From an uncultured Acidimicrobiales bacterium (GTDB taxonomy: Bacteria > Actinomycetota > Acidimicrobiia > Acidimicrobiales > SHLQ01), in contig CAZLWE010000002.1 of NCBI GenBank assembly GCA_964562985.1, positions 1,630 through 65,629 on the forward strand: a DNA stretch of 64,000 nucleotides, in the 5' to 3' direction. The position numbers and the translations under genes were made by a program. Each line of letters opens with the position of its first letter. Position 1 is the stretch's first letter. Shown one piece after another: positions 9,113 to 19,856 of the stretch. The notes under the pieces are model-generated. The model was not told where the DNA came from, ran no database searches, and worked only from the letters and a program-made list of their open reading frames with translations.

Positions 9113-12100
9113 GTGTCTAGGACCATATGGAAACTATCTGCGCGGGCCATCGCCTTACTTCTGGTGGCGAGCACTCTCGCGGTTGTCCCCTATAGCGAAT
9201 CGCTGGCAGCTCAAGACCAGCACCCACGTTGGGAATGTGACGGCACGCCGATCCTGATGCGTGGTGGGGTCTTCCACTTCATTCTTCCGGACCCCGCCGT
9301 ACCAGGGAACCTGATCATCGAAGCGATCCCGGGCACGAGCGGCATTTTCAACTCGACCGCCTATGACCCGACCACCGACTGGGTCTACGGCGTCGGCAGA
9401 GTCGGAGGCGTACGAACCGTCCGCGCCTACGACGCCAACGGCGACACGGTGTTCGACACTCCCATTCAGGCGCCTTACCCCCAAGACGCCAACCAGTTCG
9501 CCGGAACGGTACTCGGCGACGGCCGCTACATCGTCCACTCGGTCGGCGCTGGCAACGGTACGGGTTGGTTCAACGGCGAGCGATGGAACATGTGGTCGAT
9601 CGACCCGCTCACCGGTGCCGCCACCCACATCGGATCAACCCCAGTGAACCTCGCTGACTTCTCCTACAACCCACTGGATGGCTTCATCTATCAAGTGGTC
9701 AACCGTCAGCTCTACAAGTTCAACCCCAACGACGGTTCGATCACGAGCACACCCATGCCAGCCGCGTTCCCCAACGGAAGCTTCGGCGCGTCGTGGTTCG
9801 ACGCCGCCGGCAACCTCTTCCTTTTCCGCAACAACCCAGGAGACATCTTCCGAGTCGACCCGAACGATGTAGCCGCCTGGGCCGAGGTCGGCGAGCCCGG
9901 TTCGAACGGAGGAACCGATGCTGGCTCATGTGTGAGTTCGATCGATATCAAGAAGGACGTGATCGACGGAGCCGGGAACGCCGTGATTCCCGGGGACCGG
10001 GTCTACTCGCCCGGAGACACCGTTGCCTACGAGATCACCCTGATCAACAACGGCCTTCCCACCCAGGATCGCATCGTCGACCTCTGCGACGTGTTGCCCG
10101 GCGATGGACGAACCTTCACCGGCAACTGGACATCGACCGACCCGAACACCATCGTGACCAGCGGCGGCGCCGCGGGTGATACCGACGTCTGCTTCCAGGC
10201 CGAGATGCCTTCGAGCCTCTGGACCGACCCCGACACCCCTGGCGCAGCCCCGACCGTGCTCACCGTTGACGTGCTGCTCGCCGACGACATCGTGCCGGGC
10301 GAATACGAAAACCAGGCCACCCTCGACTTCGATCAGGACGGCACCGTCGACGTGCTCTCTGACGACCCGGGCGACGGCAGCGATCCTCGAGATCCGACCA
10401 CGATCGAGGTGCTCGGCGCCTTCACCGTGACCAAGACCGTCGAAGGCCACCCGGTCTCGAACGACACCGACTCGTTCCCGGTTACCCTCACCTGCACCAC
10501 CGCCGACGGCAGCACGCATAGCGTCGCCGCAGGTTCGATCTCCGATGCGGCCACGGGCGCGCCGTGGCCGGGAGCAGCTACCAATTCGTTCACGTTCGCC
10601 AACGGCGATGACGTCCGCATCGACGACCTTCCTCCAGGTACGACGTGCACCGTCACCGAGGCCAACAACACCGCCTACACCGCAACGGTTGCCGTGGCTG
10701 GAAGCGGTGGTGGAACGGGCGCTTCTGGAGCGATCTCTACAGGATCGTTGAGTCCCGCTCTGGTCAACGACAACTGCCAGGACGGCGAAGCGAGCGGATT
10801 CGTTCCGTTCAATCTTCAGGTTCGCAATACGACGTCGGCTGCCACCGACTGGGAAGTGATTTGGCGCAACCGGCCCTACTCGACGATTCCAAACCTCAGC
10901 ACCGGACCGTTCACTCACACCGTCATCCCAGCTGCTGGCGGCCTCTTCGATCACGTATTCACCGGCACCGGCACGCTGAACCCATTCGGCAACATCACCA
11001 TCGTCGGCAGCCCGCCCGTCCCGACCGGCGCAGACAGCGGCTGCGGCGACGTCGAGAACTACAGCGGCATCTCCAGCCCCGCAGGTGACGCCGCAAGCGG
11101 TGACGGTGTCGAGAGCAGCACCGCTGACATCACCGCCGACGAAGCGCTCGAGAACGAGAACGTGGCGTTCACCAATACCACCTCGACCATCCGGATTCGA
11201 AAATCGAGTTCGTCAGGAGGTGACCTGCCTTTAAGCGACGATGGTACGTTCACTTTCGATATCACTTGCGCCAACGGGCTCAGCGAAACGGTCACCATCA
11301 CCACCACCGGTGGAGGCACCACGATCAGTTACCCCGCTACGCCGCTCATCGGGTCGGGGGTCGACTGCACGATCTCGGAGAACGTGCCCCCAGGCTGGAC
11401 ACTCACCACCGCGAACGACGTGGAGGTCACCACCGACTCCGCCACCCCACAGAACGCCTCTTTCCAGAACGAGCGCGCGCTCGCAGATCTCACCGTGACC
11501 AAGACGATTCTCGGCCTACCCGACGGCGCCGACCCAACCGATTCCAAGTTCGGCCTCACCGTTACGTGTACCGGCGGATTCGACCCCGACCCATACACCG
11601 TGCTCGGAGCCTTCGCCGTTGGCACGCCGTTTGTTGTTGAGGACCTTCCTGTGGGTGCCGAGTGCACGGTCACTGAAGACCCAGCGGCCGGTTTCAACAC
11701 TCGCTATGAGCCAGGCCAGGTCGTTACGATCGCGAGCGATGGCAGCGAGGTGGATGTCACCAACAGCACCGGGTCTCTCATCATCGAGAAGGACGCTGTT
11801 GCACCAACCTCCCACCCGATCGACCCGGTGATCGACGTCGACTTCACCCTCGAGTGCACCTTCCCCGACGGGTCCAGCACCTCACAGAACTTCACGGTTG
11901 CTATTGACTCGCTGACAGCGACCGGGGCGAATGGTGGAGTGAGCCACACCGATATCGGCGTGCTACCACCGGGAACGGTTTGTGAGGCCACGGAGACCGC
12001 CGCCCCAGCTGGCTGGACACTCACCAGCCCTGACACGGTCACGCTCAACGTCACCGCCGACAACCCAGAGCCAACCGCTACCTTCGAGAACACCCGCGAT

Positions 12101-15100
12101 ACCGGTTCGCTGACCGTCACGAAAGCCGTCGACGGCGTGCCGGCAGGACTCAACTTCGACGACGAGCTCTTCGCGGTTGACGTCTCGTGCTCCGGCGGAT
12201 TCACCGTAGACCCCTACATCATCACCGGGCTCAGCGTCTCGGTGAACTCCCCGTTGGTCATCGACGACCTCCCGACCGGCGCGGACTGCACCGTTACCGA
12301 AACCCCTGACCCTCGATTCGATGCGACCGTCGGTTCCGGTTCGGCCACGATCACGACGGATGGCGAGACGGTTGCGCTCTCCAACACCACCTCCTCGTTC
12401 GATATCACTAAGACAACGGCCGCCAGTCCGCTCGTGGCCACGAGCGATGGAACGTTCAACTTCTTCGTGACGTGCAACAACGACGGGGTCGAAGTGGTCA
12501 ACACCGTCGTGTCGGCAACGACCACTGGCGGCACCGGAAACATCGCCGCCGCCGACTTGCCGCTCGTCCCCGCTGGATCGACCTGTTCGGTCATCGAGAT
12601 CGTTCCGGCCGGATGGACCCTCACCAACCGAGCCGGCGGCACCGAAACCGGTGACGCCGGAATCGAGTTCGTCACCAGCGCGGAAGGAACCTCACTCTCG
12701 TTCGAAAACACGCTCGATACCGCAGCGCTCAACATCACCAAGGACGTCACCGGTGTGGCCGCAACCCCAGCCCTCGAAGCTGAGGCCTTCACGGTGACCG
12801 TCGAGTGCACTGGCAACTTCCCTGGCGGGGTGTTTACCACGACGCTGAGCATCGTCGAGGGCGCGCCGATCAACGTGCCGGGAATCCCGGTTGGTTCAGC
12901 GTGCACTGTCACCGAAGCCGACGACAGCCGATTCCTCACCACCTACTCGCCAGACCAATCCGTCTTCATCGCAACCGAAGGCACAACCGTGGCGATCGAG
13001 AACGAGACCAGCGTCTTCTCCATTTCCAAGGAAACGTTCGTGGATGATCCGACGGTCGTCGAGATTGACGGCACGTTCGAGTTCACAGTCGAGTGCACCA
13101 ACGACGGGGCGATCGTGTTCACCGACACGGTCACCATCACCACGATCGATTCGCTCGGCGAGTGGGACGCCTCTCCATTCCTTGCGCCGGGCACCGAGTG
13201 CTCGGTAACGGAGAGTCTCCTCGAAGGCTGGACGCTCCAAGAGTCGACGACTCAGACCACTACCACCGACGGTTCAACCGCTGAACAGATTGTGTTCACG
13301 AACGTACGCGACGTCGCCGACCTGACGATCACCAAGACCCTGCTCGGACCGGGCAGCGAAGGCTTCGTCAACCGCAACTTCACCGCAAATGCCACCTGCG
13401 TTGGCGACTTTGCAACAAGCCCAGTGGTTGTTGAGGACATCGTGTTCTCCTCGACGACACCGGGGGTTATTCCCGACCTCCCGACAGGTGCTGTTTGTAC
13501 CGTGACCGAGGAATTCGAGAGCCAGTTCCAGACGTTGTACGCGCCGGACATCGGTGATGGATCCGCAGCCCAGGTGACGATCGAGTCCGGTGGCACCGAG
13601 GCGGGCATCTCGAATGTGACGGGAGCGCTTGCCGTGCACAAGTCGACCATCGGCCCGACCGAACATGGCGAAGACCTCTTGGCGGATTTCGAATACAACT
13701 TTGTGTGTCAGGTCCCCGGCGCACCAAATGGCGGGACCATCACCTTCACCGAAACCCTCTTTACCGAGATCCTGGAGGTTGACGACCTCTCCGGCGGTCA
13801 AGGCGTTGGTGTACTGACCTATACCGACCTACCGCCGCTCGCGAACGGCACCGTATGCACGGTTACCGAAGTCGTGCCGGCCGGATGGACCTTGACCACA
13901 CCGAACTCCTTGACGATCACGGCTACCGATACCCCCGAACCGCCGAGCATCGACTTCATCAACGAGCGGAACGCCGGTGCGCTGACCATCACCAAGAGCC
14001 TCGTCGGAGTACCCGAGGGCGTCGACCTCGGCGACGAGCCGTTCACGGTCGATGTCACCTGCACGGGAGGCTTCACGAACAACCCCCTCATTCTCGCTGA
14101 CCAGAACGTCACCGCGAACACGCCCTTGGTGATCGACAACCTTCCGACCGGCGCGGAGTGCTCAGTCACCGAGGATGTCGACCCGCGCTTTTCTTCCGCC
14201 GTGTCGGCTCCGGTCACTATCGATGACGACGGTGAAGAGATCGTCGCAACCAACACCACGAGCACCTTGACGATTGCCAAGACCACCACCGGCACCACCG
14301 CACATCCGGTCGACCTCGACGCCACGTTCACCTTCGCGGTGAACTGCGGTGCGGCCTTTACCGGCGCAGCGACTCTCACGACCACTGGCCAGACCGGTGC
14401 GTGGGACACCACCACTACCCCGCTACTTCCACCAGGCACCGAGTGCACGGTGGCCGAGGAGAACATCCCCACCGGATGGAGCCTCACGACTCCGAACGAC
14501 GTCGTGGTCACGACCGGCTCCGAAGCAATCGTCGAAGCGGCCTTCGTCAACGATCGTCAAGTCGCCAACCTCAACATTCTCAAGACGATTATCGGCGAGC
14601 CCCAAGACCTCTCCGATGAACCATTCACCGTCAACATCAGTTGCATCAATGGCTTCAACGTCGAGCCGTATCTCATCGGGCCACTCACCATCACCGAGAA
14701 CGCCCCGATCGCCATCGACGATCTTCCGGTTGGCGCGGAGTGCACGGTGTCCGAGGAAGCCGACGTCCGCTTCCTTCCGAGTTTTAGCCCCGACGACCAG
14801 GTTGGCGTTATCGCCGAAGACGGCGCGACCGTCGACATCGACAACCGCACCGCAGCGCTCGAGATCACTAAGGAAGTCAGCTCCGAACCAGGCCAACCGG
14901 TCGATCTGACCGGCTCATTCGACTTCTTCGTTGACTGCACAAACGGCACCACTGCCAATGTCACGATCGACATCGTCGACGGCGTCGCCGAAACCCTCGA
15001 GTTTCCCGACCTACCGCTCGTTCCCGACGGTACGGCGTGCACCGTCTCCGAAACCGGTATTCCTGCTGGCTGGACTCTGACGACCCCGAATGATGTCGAG

Positions 15101-18034
15101 GTCGTGGCGAACTCGGGTAACCCGGGCTTCGTCAGCTTCGAAAACGAGCGTGACACCGCCGACCTCACGGTCACCAAGACCGTCATCGGCGCACCTACCG
15201 GCCTCGACCTGGTCACCACGGTCTTCACCGTCGACGTGAGCTGTTCGGGCGACTTCGATGCCTCACCACTCGAGTTCCTCGACCAGGAGATTCGCCACGG
15301 CGAGACGCTCACCTTCCCGAACCTTCCGACCGGCTCGCTCTGCACGGTCATCGAAGACCCAGACCCCCGCTTCGCGGTGACGACCACTCCAGCTGACGCA
15401 GTTGGCGCGGGGGTCGTGATCGATGCCGACGGCGAGGATGTCGCCATCGTGAACGCCACCGGCGAGATCATGATCGTGAAGAACACGCAGGTGGCCTCGG
15501 GACTTCCAGTCGACGTGACCGAGTCGTTCGACTTCATCGTCAACTGCGGCACCACCTATACCGGCACCCACTCGGTCACGACCGACACCCTCACCAGTGC
15601 CACCACCGCGACCGGATTCCTCCGCTACGACGACCTGCCTGCGCTACCTGATGGAACAGCATGCACCGTCACCGAACAAACTCCGCCCGCCGGGTGGACT
15701 CTGGTCTCGGCGAACGACGTGCCTTTGATCGTGGACTCCACTGGCGTCGTCACTGCCTCCTTCACGAATGAGCGTGAGACCGGAGCGCTGACCGTCACCA
15801 AGACCCTTGACGGCGTGCCTGCAGGAACCGACCTCAACGGCGAACTCTTCGATATCGCGATCACCTGCGCCGGAGGGTTCTCAACGGCCTCTCACGTCGT
15901 GAACGGACAGATTTCGGCCGACACCGCATTCACACTCGAACAAATACCAACCGGCGCTAGCTGCTCCATCACTGAAACCGCAGACCCGCGCTTCGCCACG
16001 AGCATCGACCCGGCAGCCACGATCACCACCACCGGCCAATCCATCGAAGTCACGAACACGACGAGCACGCTATCGATCGCAAAGGTGACCGATGGTCCGA
16101 GTACCCACGCGATCGATCTCGACGCCACGTTCATCTTCGACGTCACCTGCACAGCTCCCGATGGTGCGGAGCTGTTCGACGGAGCTCAAACCATCACTAC
16201 TGACGCACAAGCTGGCTCTTGGGTAACTCCGGCCACGCCGTTGCTACCACCGGGCAGCGAATGCAGCATCGTTGAACAACCGCTGGCCGGTTGGACCCCA
16301 ACAACCCCATCCGCTGTGACGGTCGAAACGGACTCGGCAAGCATCGTCGAGGCGGCCTTCGTCAACCGTCGAGACACCGGCGAATTGACGGTTGCCAAGG
16401 TTCTCGAAGGAGTACCTGCCGGAGTCGACCTCAACGCCGAGACCTTTGACGTCGAGGTGACCTGTTCGGGAGAGTTCACCACCCCGGACATCCTCGTTAG
16501 CGGGCAGATCTCGGTCGACAGTGCCTTGATCATCGCTGACCTGCCCACGGGCACCGAGTGTGCCGTGCTCGAAGCTCCCGACGCCCGATTTATCACCACG
16601 ATCGATCCGGCGGCGACACTGACGAGCGCTGGCGAAACGGTCAACGTCACAAATACGACCAGCACATTGTCGATCACGAAGGTCACCGAGGGCCCGACCA
16701 CGCACCCGTTAGCGCTAGACGCCGAGTTCCTTTTCGATGTCACCTGCACCGCAGCCGATGGCACTGCACTGTTCTCAGGCACCCAAGCCATCACCACCAC
16801 TGACCAGACGGGTTCCTGGGCAACGCCCGAAACGCCGCTCGTCGCGCCAGGTACCGAGTGCACCGTTGTCGAACAGGCACCCCCGACGGGATGGACGAAC
16901 ACCAGCGGCGACACCCAAATCGTTTCGACCGACTCCGCGGAGATCGTTGACGCGGCGTTCACCAACGTACGAAATACCGCAACGCTCACGATCAACAAGA
17001 CCGTGACTGGTGCCCCGGAGGGAGTGAACTTCGACGACACGCTCTTCGATGTCACTGTCACGTGCACGGGCGACTTCACAGAAACCGAACACCGTGTCAC
17101 CGGCCAGGTATCGGTGAATGCACCCTTCGAGGTTCCCGACCTGCCAACGAACGCCGAATGCATCATCGTCGAAGCCGACGACGCTCGCTTCCAAACCACC
17201 TACTTCCCCGAGAGCGCCACGACCGACGCCGCCGAGACGGTTGTCGGAGACGACGGCGCGATCGTCGCGATTACCAACAGTACGGGGGCGATCATCGTCG
17301 CTAAGCAGACCATCGTGTCGGCGCTGCACCCGATCGACCCGGTTGCCGAGTTCACGTTCACCATCGACTGCGGAGCCGTCTACAACGCTGACCACACCCT
17401 GACCACCGATCTTGTCGGAACGGGAGGAGCGAGCGGCCTGATCTTGTACAGCGACCTGCCGTTGATCCCCGAAGGCACCTCATGCGCCGTGACCGAGCAC
17501 GACGAAAACCCGGAGTGGGTCTTGGTTACCGACCGCACGGTCGACTTGGTCGCAACGAGTGCTAGCCCGGTAACAGCGAGCTTCACCAATCAGCGCACCG
17601 AGACATCACTTACCATCACCAAACAGGTTGAAGCCCCGGACTCCGTGGACTTCAGCGAAGAGGTCTTCGAGGTCATGCTGACCTGTTCGGGCGGATTCAC
17701 CGAAGACAGCTACGAGATCGTGGGTGAATTTTCGGTGCTCTCGCCGTTGACCATCGATGAGCTGCCCCTTGGCGCCGAATGCTCCGCCGTCGAAACTCCA
17801 GATGACCGATTCGCCGTCGACAATCTCACCGGAGCAGTGGTGCTCGGTGACTGGCCAGCAACCATCGACATCCTCAACGAACTCCTCGAATCCGAGACCA
17901 TCACGGCGTCGCCACCAGCACTCGCCTTCACGGGCGCCACCATCGGAACCCTCGTGTGGATCGCGACGATCATGCTGGCTGGCGGAATGTTCGTGCTGTT
18001 CGGCAGCCGTCGCCGAGAAGAACCCGAGCTCTAG
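9113..18034 (+). CDS. Giant (2,973 aa) cell-wall-anchored repeat surface protein / adhesin
   Basis: GTG start preceded by GGAGAAG. Signal peptide, then an N-terminal propeller-like region, then a DUF11-like module (DIKKDV..YENQATLDFDQDG). About 23 Cys-pair domains follow, then a C-terminal LAFTG + TM + RRREE sorting signal. Confidence 0.9.
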   Translation: MSRTIWKLSARAIALLLVASTLAVVPYSESLAAQDQHPRWECDGTPILMRGGVFHFILPDPAVPGNLIIEAIPGTSGIFNSTAYDPTTDWVYGVGRVGGVRTVRAYDANGDTVFDTPIQAPYPQDANQFAGTVLGDGRYIVHSVGAGNGTGWFNGERWNMWSIDPLTGAATHIGSTPVNLADFSYNPLDGFIYQVVNRQLYKFNPNDGSITSTPMPAAFPNGSFGASWFDAAGNLFLFRNNPGDIFRVDPNDVAAWAEVGEPGSNGGTDAGSCVSSIDIKKDVIDGAGNAVIPGDRVYSPGDTVAYEITLINNGLPTQDRIVDLCDVLPGDGRTFTGNWTSTDPNTIVTSGGAAGDTDVCFQAEMPSSLWTDPDTPGAAPTVLTVDVLLADDIVPGEYENQATLDFDQDGTVDVLSDDPGDGSDPRDPTTIEVLGAFTVTKTVEGHPVSNDTDSFPVTLTCTTADGSTHSVAAGSISDAATGAPWPGAATNSFTFANGDDVRIDDLPPGTTCTVTEANNTAYTATVAVAGSGGGTGASGAISTGSLSPALVNDNCQDGEASGFVPFNLQVRNTTSAATDWEVIWRNRPYSTIPNLSTGPFTHTVIPAAGGLFDHVFTGTGTLNPFGNITIVGSPPVPTGADSGCGDVENYSGISSPAGDAASGDGVESSTADITADEALENENVAFTNTTSTIRIRKSSSSGGDLPLSDDGTFTFDITCANGLSETVTITTTGGGTTISYPATPLIGSGVDCTISENVPPGWTLTTANDVEVTTDSATPQNASFQNERALADLTVTKTILGLPDGADPTDSKFGLTVTCTGGFDPDPYTVLGAFAVGTPFVVEDLPVGAECTVTEDPAAGFNTRYEPGQVVTIASDGSEVDVTNSTGSLIIEKDAVAPTSHPIDPVIDVDFTLECTFPDGSSTSQNFTVAIDSLTATGANGGVSHTDIGVLPPGTVCEATETAAPAGWTLTSPDTVTLNVTADNPEPTATFENTRDTGSLTVTKAVDGVPAGLNFDDELFAVDVSCSGGFTVDPYIITGLSVSVNSPLVIDDLPTGADCTVTETPDPRFDATVGSGSATITTDGETVALSNTTSSFDITKTTAASPLVATSDGTFNFFVTCNNDGVEVVNTVVSATTTGGTGNIAAADLPLVPAGSTCSVIEIVPAGWTLTNRAGGTETGDAGIEFVTSAEGTSLSFENTLDTAALNITKDVTGVAATPALEAEAFTVTVECTGNFPGGVFTTTLSIVEGAPINVPGIPVGSACTVTEADDSRFLTTYSPDQSVFIATEGTTVAIENETSVFSISKETFVDDPTVVEIDGTFEFTVECTNDGAIVFTDTVTITTIDSLGEWDASPFLAPGTECSVTESLLEGWTLQESTTQTTTTDGSTAEQIVFTNVRDVADLTITKTLLGPGSEGFVNRNFTANATCVGDFATSPVVVEDIVFSSTTPGVIPDLPTGAVCTVTEEFESQFQTLYAPDIGDGSAAQVTIESGGTEAGISNVTGALAVHKSTIGPTEHGEDLLADFEYNFVCQVPGAPNGGTITFTETLFTEILEVDDLSGGQGVGVLTYTDLPPLANGTVCTVTEVVPAGWTLTTPNSLTITATDTPEPPSIDFINERNAGALTITKSLVGVPEGVDLGDEPFTVDVTCTGGFTNNPLILADQNVTANTPLVIDNLPTGAECSVTEDVDPRFSSAVSAPVTIDDDGEEIVATNTTSTLTIAKTTTGTTAHPVDLDATFTFAVNCGAAFTGAATLTTTGQTGAWDTTTTPLLPPGTECTVAEENIPTGWSLTTPNDVVVTTGSEAIVEAAFVNDRQVANLNILKTIIGEPQDLSDEPFTVNISCINGFNVEPYLIGPLTITENAPIAIDDLPVGAECTVSEEADVRFLPSFSPDDQVGVIAEDGATVDIDNRTAALEITKEVSSEPGQPVDLTGSFDFFVDCTNGTTANVTIDIVDGVAETLEFPDLPLVPDGTACTVSETGIPAGWTLTTPNDVEVVANSGNPGFVSFENERDTADLTVTKTVIGAPTGLDLVTTVFTVDVSCSGDFDASPLEFLDQEIRHGETLTFPNLPTGSLCTVIEDPDPRFAVTTTPADAVGAGVVIDADGEDVAIVNATGEIMIVKNTQVASGLPVDVTESFDFIVNCGTTYTGTHSVTTDTLTSATTATGFLRYDDLPALPDGTACTVTEQTPPAGWTLVSANDVPLIVDSTGVVTASFTNERETGALTVTKTLDGVPAGTDLNGELFDIAITCAGGFSTASHVVNGQISADTAFTLEQIPTGASCSITETADPRFATSIDPAATITTTGQSIEVTNTTSTLSIAKVTDGPSTHAIDLDATFIFDVTCTAPDGAELFDGAQTITTDAQAGSWVTPATPLLPPGSECSIVEQPLAGWTPTTPSAVTVETDSASIVEAAFVNRRDTGELTVAKVLEGVPAGVDLNAETFDVEVTCSGEFTTPDILVSGQISVDSALIIADLPTGTECAVLEAPDARFITTIDPAATLTSAGETVNVTNTTSTLSITKVTEGPTTHPLALDAEFLFDVTCTAADGTALFSGTQAITTTDQTGSWATPETPLVAPGTECTVVEQAPPTGWTNTSGDTQIVSTDSAEIVDAAFTNVRNTATLTINKTVTGAPEGVNFDDTLFDVTVTCTGDFTETEHRVTGQVSVNAPFEVPDLPTNAECIIVEADDARFQTTYFPESATTDAAETVVGDDGAIVAITNSTGAIIVAKQTIVSALHPIDPVAEFTFTIDCGAVYNADHTLTTDLVGTGGASGLILYSDLPLIPEGTSCAVTEHDENPEWVLVTDRTVDLVATSASPVTASFTNQRTETSLTITKQVEAPDSVDFSEEVFEVMLTCSGGFTEDSYEIVGEFSVLSPLTIDELPLGAECSAVETPDDRFAVDNLTGAVVLGDWPATIDILNELLESETITASPPALAFTGATIGTLVWIATIMLAGGMFVLFGSRRREEPEL
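10421..17890 (+). repeat. In-frame array of about 23 domain repeats alternating between two types
   Basis: Type A: LTVTK..G.P.G....F.V.V.C.GGF........LP.GAECTVTE..D.RF. Type B: L.I.K......HP.D....F.F.V.C........PL.P.G..C.V.E..P.GWTL. The two types alternate strictly. They resemble DUF5979/SpaA-type surface domains (family name from memory). Confidence 0.8.
17921..18031 (+). other. LAXTG-type (class E sortase-like) cell-wall sorting signal
   Basis: LAFTG (17921-17935), followed by the hydrophobic segment ATIGTLVWIATIMLAGGMFVLFG and the charged tail SRRREEPEL. Confidence 0.75.
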
Positions 18035-19302
18035 CTAGCGGCTGCAACGACGAGCGACGCGAGATCTGGAGCGTCACCGGGAAGCCCAAAGAACTCCATG
18101 ACATAGAGCGAGTCGTCTACTTGGGTCGCTGCGAGACTCGCCTGCACGTCGAAGATCTGCCCGCTCAATAGCTGTTCGATCTCCACATCGATAACGACGA
18201 CCTCATGACCTTCTGCCTCAACCACCTCGGTCGCCGCAGTCTGCGGATCGAAGGCATCGTTCATCGACAGCTCTACAGGAAGACACGACGCGCCACGCTC
18301 GACAAGCTCAGCGAAGGCATCCTCGGCTTCTGCGGCGCTGGCGTATCGCTCGAAGGATTGCTCGATCTGGCTTGAACCCGCACCTTGGGTAAGTAGCACC
18401 CACGACAAGCCGTCTGCTCCAGCGACCGTCTGGGAATCCAGGCACGGCCGCAGACCGCTCGGCCCGTCGAATCGCAGCGGGGTGATGAGCAGAAAATCCT
18501 CGGGGAGGTCGTCAGCCTCAAGGGCGGCGTCGCGGTACTCCTCCGCGAGTTCGTCGAAGTCGACGGCCTCCGACAGCTCCGGAGTGGGCCGGTCGAAGAA
18601 CGCCGAAAGCACCTGTGCTTCGAGCGCGTCAGCCGAAGATGTTGGAGCGAGGACCGCGATCGTGAGCGCTGTCCGACCCTGGACGACCGTGGTGATTCGC
18701 TGCGCGATGTCCTCCGCGCGAAATCCCGCCGAAACGGAGAAGCCATACACGCGGGACTCGGCGACGAATTCGCTTGGTACCTCGGCGGCAACTGCGATAG
18801 GGGCCCCCACCCCGTCACCGAAGTCGTATCGGACCCTCGGCAACGAAAGTTCTTCCAAGCGGCCGACGTTTATTTGATCGCATTCCGCAGCGGACTCGCC
18901 ATTCAGTGCCTCGACCGCAATCTGGGCTTGGTCGCCAGATTCATAGACCCTCGCCTCGGCGGTGATTATCTCGACAATCGCATCCGACCCCGCTGCAAAC
19001 CGAGCGAGCGAACGGGCTTGCAGCGCCGAGGGTTCGGGAATACCACAGATATCGGGCACCGGTTGGGGAACGGTCAATCCCGGTGTCCACTCGCCATTGA
19101 CGTCGCCGAGGCGCCCGACCCACGCTCCAGCCTCAAACGCGAGCCCACCTGGCCCGAAGCCAGCTTCGCGGAACTCGAGGGCGCTTTGTCTAAAGTCGGC
19201 ACCGCGGTCTATTTGCTCAACGGCGCAACCGGTCAACACCACAGCTGCACCCACGAGCCAGTTGATCCAGCGGGGGCCTCGATGTCGGCCCGAGAATCTC
19301 AT
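18031..19302 (-). CDS. Hypothetical secreted lipoprotein with repeated Cys-containing modules
   Basis: Lipobox VVLTGC near the N-terminus. Internal modules such as ..C.DS......G..W......AGSSQ...ERYASAAEAEDAFAELVERGASC. No family recognised. Confidence 0.6.
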   Translation of the reverse strand: MRFSGRHRGPRWINWLVGAAVVLTGCAVEQIDRGADFRQSALEFREAGFGPGGLAFEAGAWVGRLGDVNGEWTPGLTVPQPVPDICGIPEPSALQARSLARFAAGSDAIVEIITAEARVYESGDQAQIAVEALNGESAAECDQINVGRLEELSLPRVRYDFGDGVGAPIAVAAEVPSEFVAESRVYGFSVSAGFRAEDIAQRITTVVQGRTALTIAVLAPTSSADALEAQVLSAFFDRPTPELSEAVDFDELAEEYRDAALEADDLPEDFLLITPLRFDGPSGLRPCLDSQTVAGADGLSWVLLTQGAGSSQIEQSFERYASAAEAEDAFAELVERGASCLPVELSMNDAFDPQTAATEVVEAEGHEVVVIDVEIEQLLSGQIFDVQASLAATQVDDSLYVMEFFGLPGDAPDLASLVVAAAS

Positions 19303-19334
19303 GCTTCGAAGCTACTGCCAACCGCTGCCCTTTC

Positions 19335-19856
19335 ATGACCACGCTTATGAGGCATGATCAGGTGATGCAGGATTCAGGCGCCCGGCCAGGCGAACACACG
19401 ACCCCGGTGTTGGTTTTCACCGATGACGGTGGCGAGCGCATGGTGACCCGCAAGGGAGATGCGGGCGAGTTCGGGGTGTTCGTGCATTGCGTCCCGGGTG
19501 CCGCGATCTTCTCGCTGCCTCCGGGGATTGACCGACAACTCACGGGAGAAGAGCTCAGCTTGGCGATCAAGCATTTGCGAATGTTCGCACGAAGCCGCGG
19601 CGACTGGATCACGCCGATTGTCAGTTTCGATGGACGGCCCCTCGAGCTCGGCCCAATAGTAGAGCTCAACTCGGTGGAACCTATGGCTGGGCACCGCTTC
19701 GATTGGGGCGGTCGATCGTGTGCGCTCGTCGTTACCAAAACCGTCGACCCGCTTTTGGAGGTAACCACCGGCCAGGTGTACACCTACGATCACGATTGGG
19801 TAGACCCCAAACCCGGCGTGATGGACAGACTGTTCGGCCGGTTCTTCAACGACTAG
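19335..19856 (+). CDS. Hypothetical protein
   Basis: 173-aa ORF with coding-like composition, convergent with udp (4-nt overlap). No family recognised. Confidence 0.4.
   Translation: MTTLMRHDQVMQDSGARPGEHTTPVLVFTDDGGERMVTRKGDAGEFGVFVHCVPGAAIFSLPPGIDRQLTGEELSLAIKHLRMFARSRGDWITPIVSFDGRPLELGPIVELNSVEPMAGHRFDWGGRSCALVVTKTVDPLLEVTTGQVYTYDHDWVDPKPGVMDRLFGRFFND

Noticed and set aside
9155-17973. Dozens of long alternative-frame and antisense ORFs inside the giant adhesin gene (for example 9926..10954 -, 14557..15555 -, 16186..17199 -, 12214..12942 -).
   Set aside because: Their translations are Arg/Ser/Gly/Pro/Val-rich low-complexity text typical of off-frame reading in high-G+C DNA. The + strand frame gives a coherent signal peptide, repeated domains and a sorting signal.
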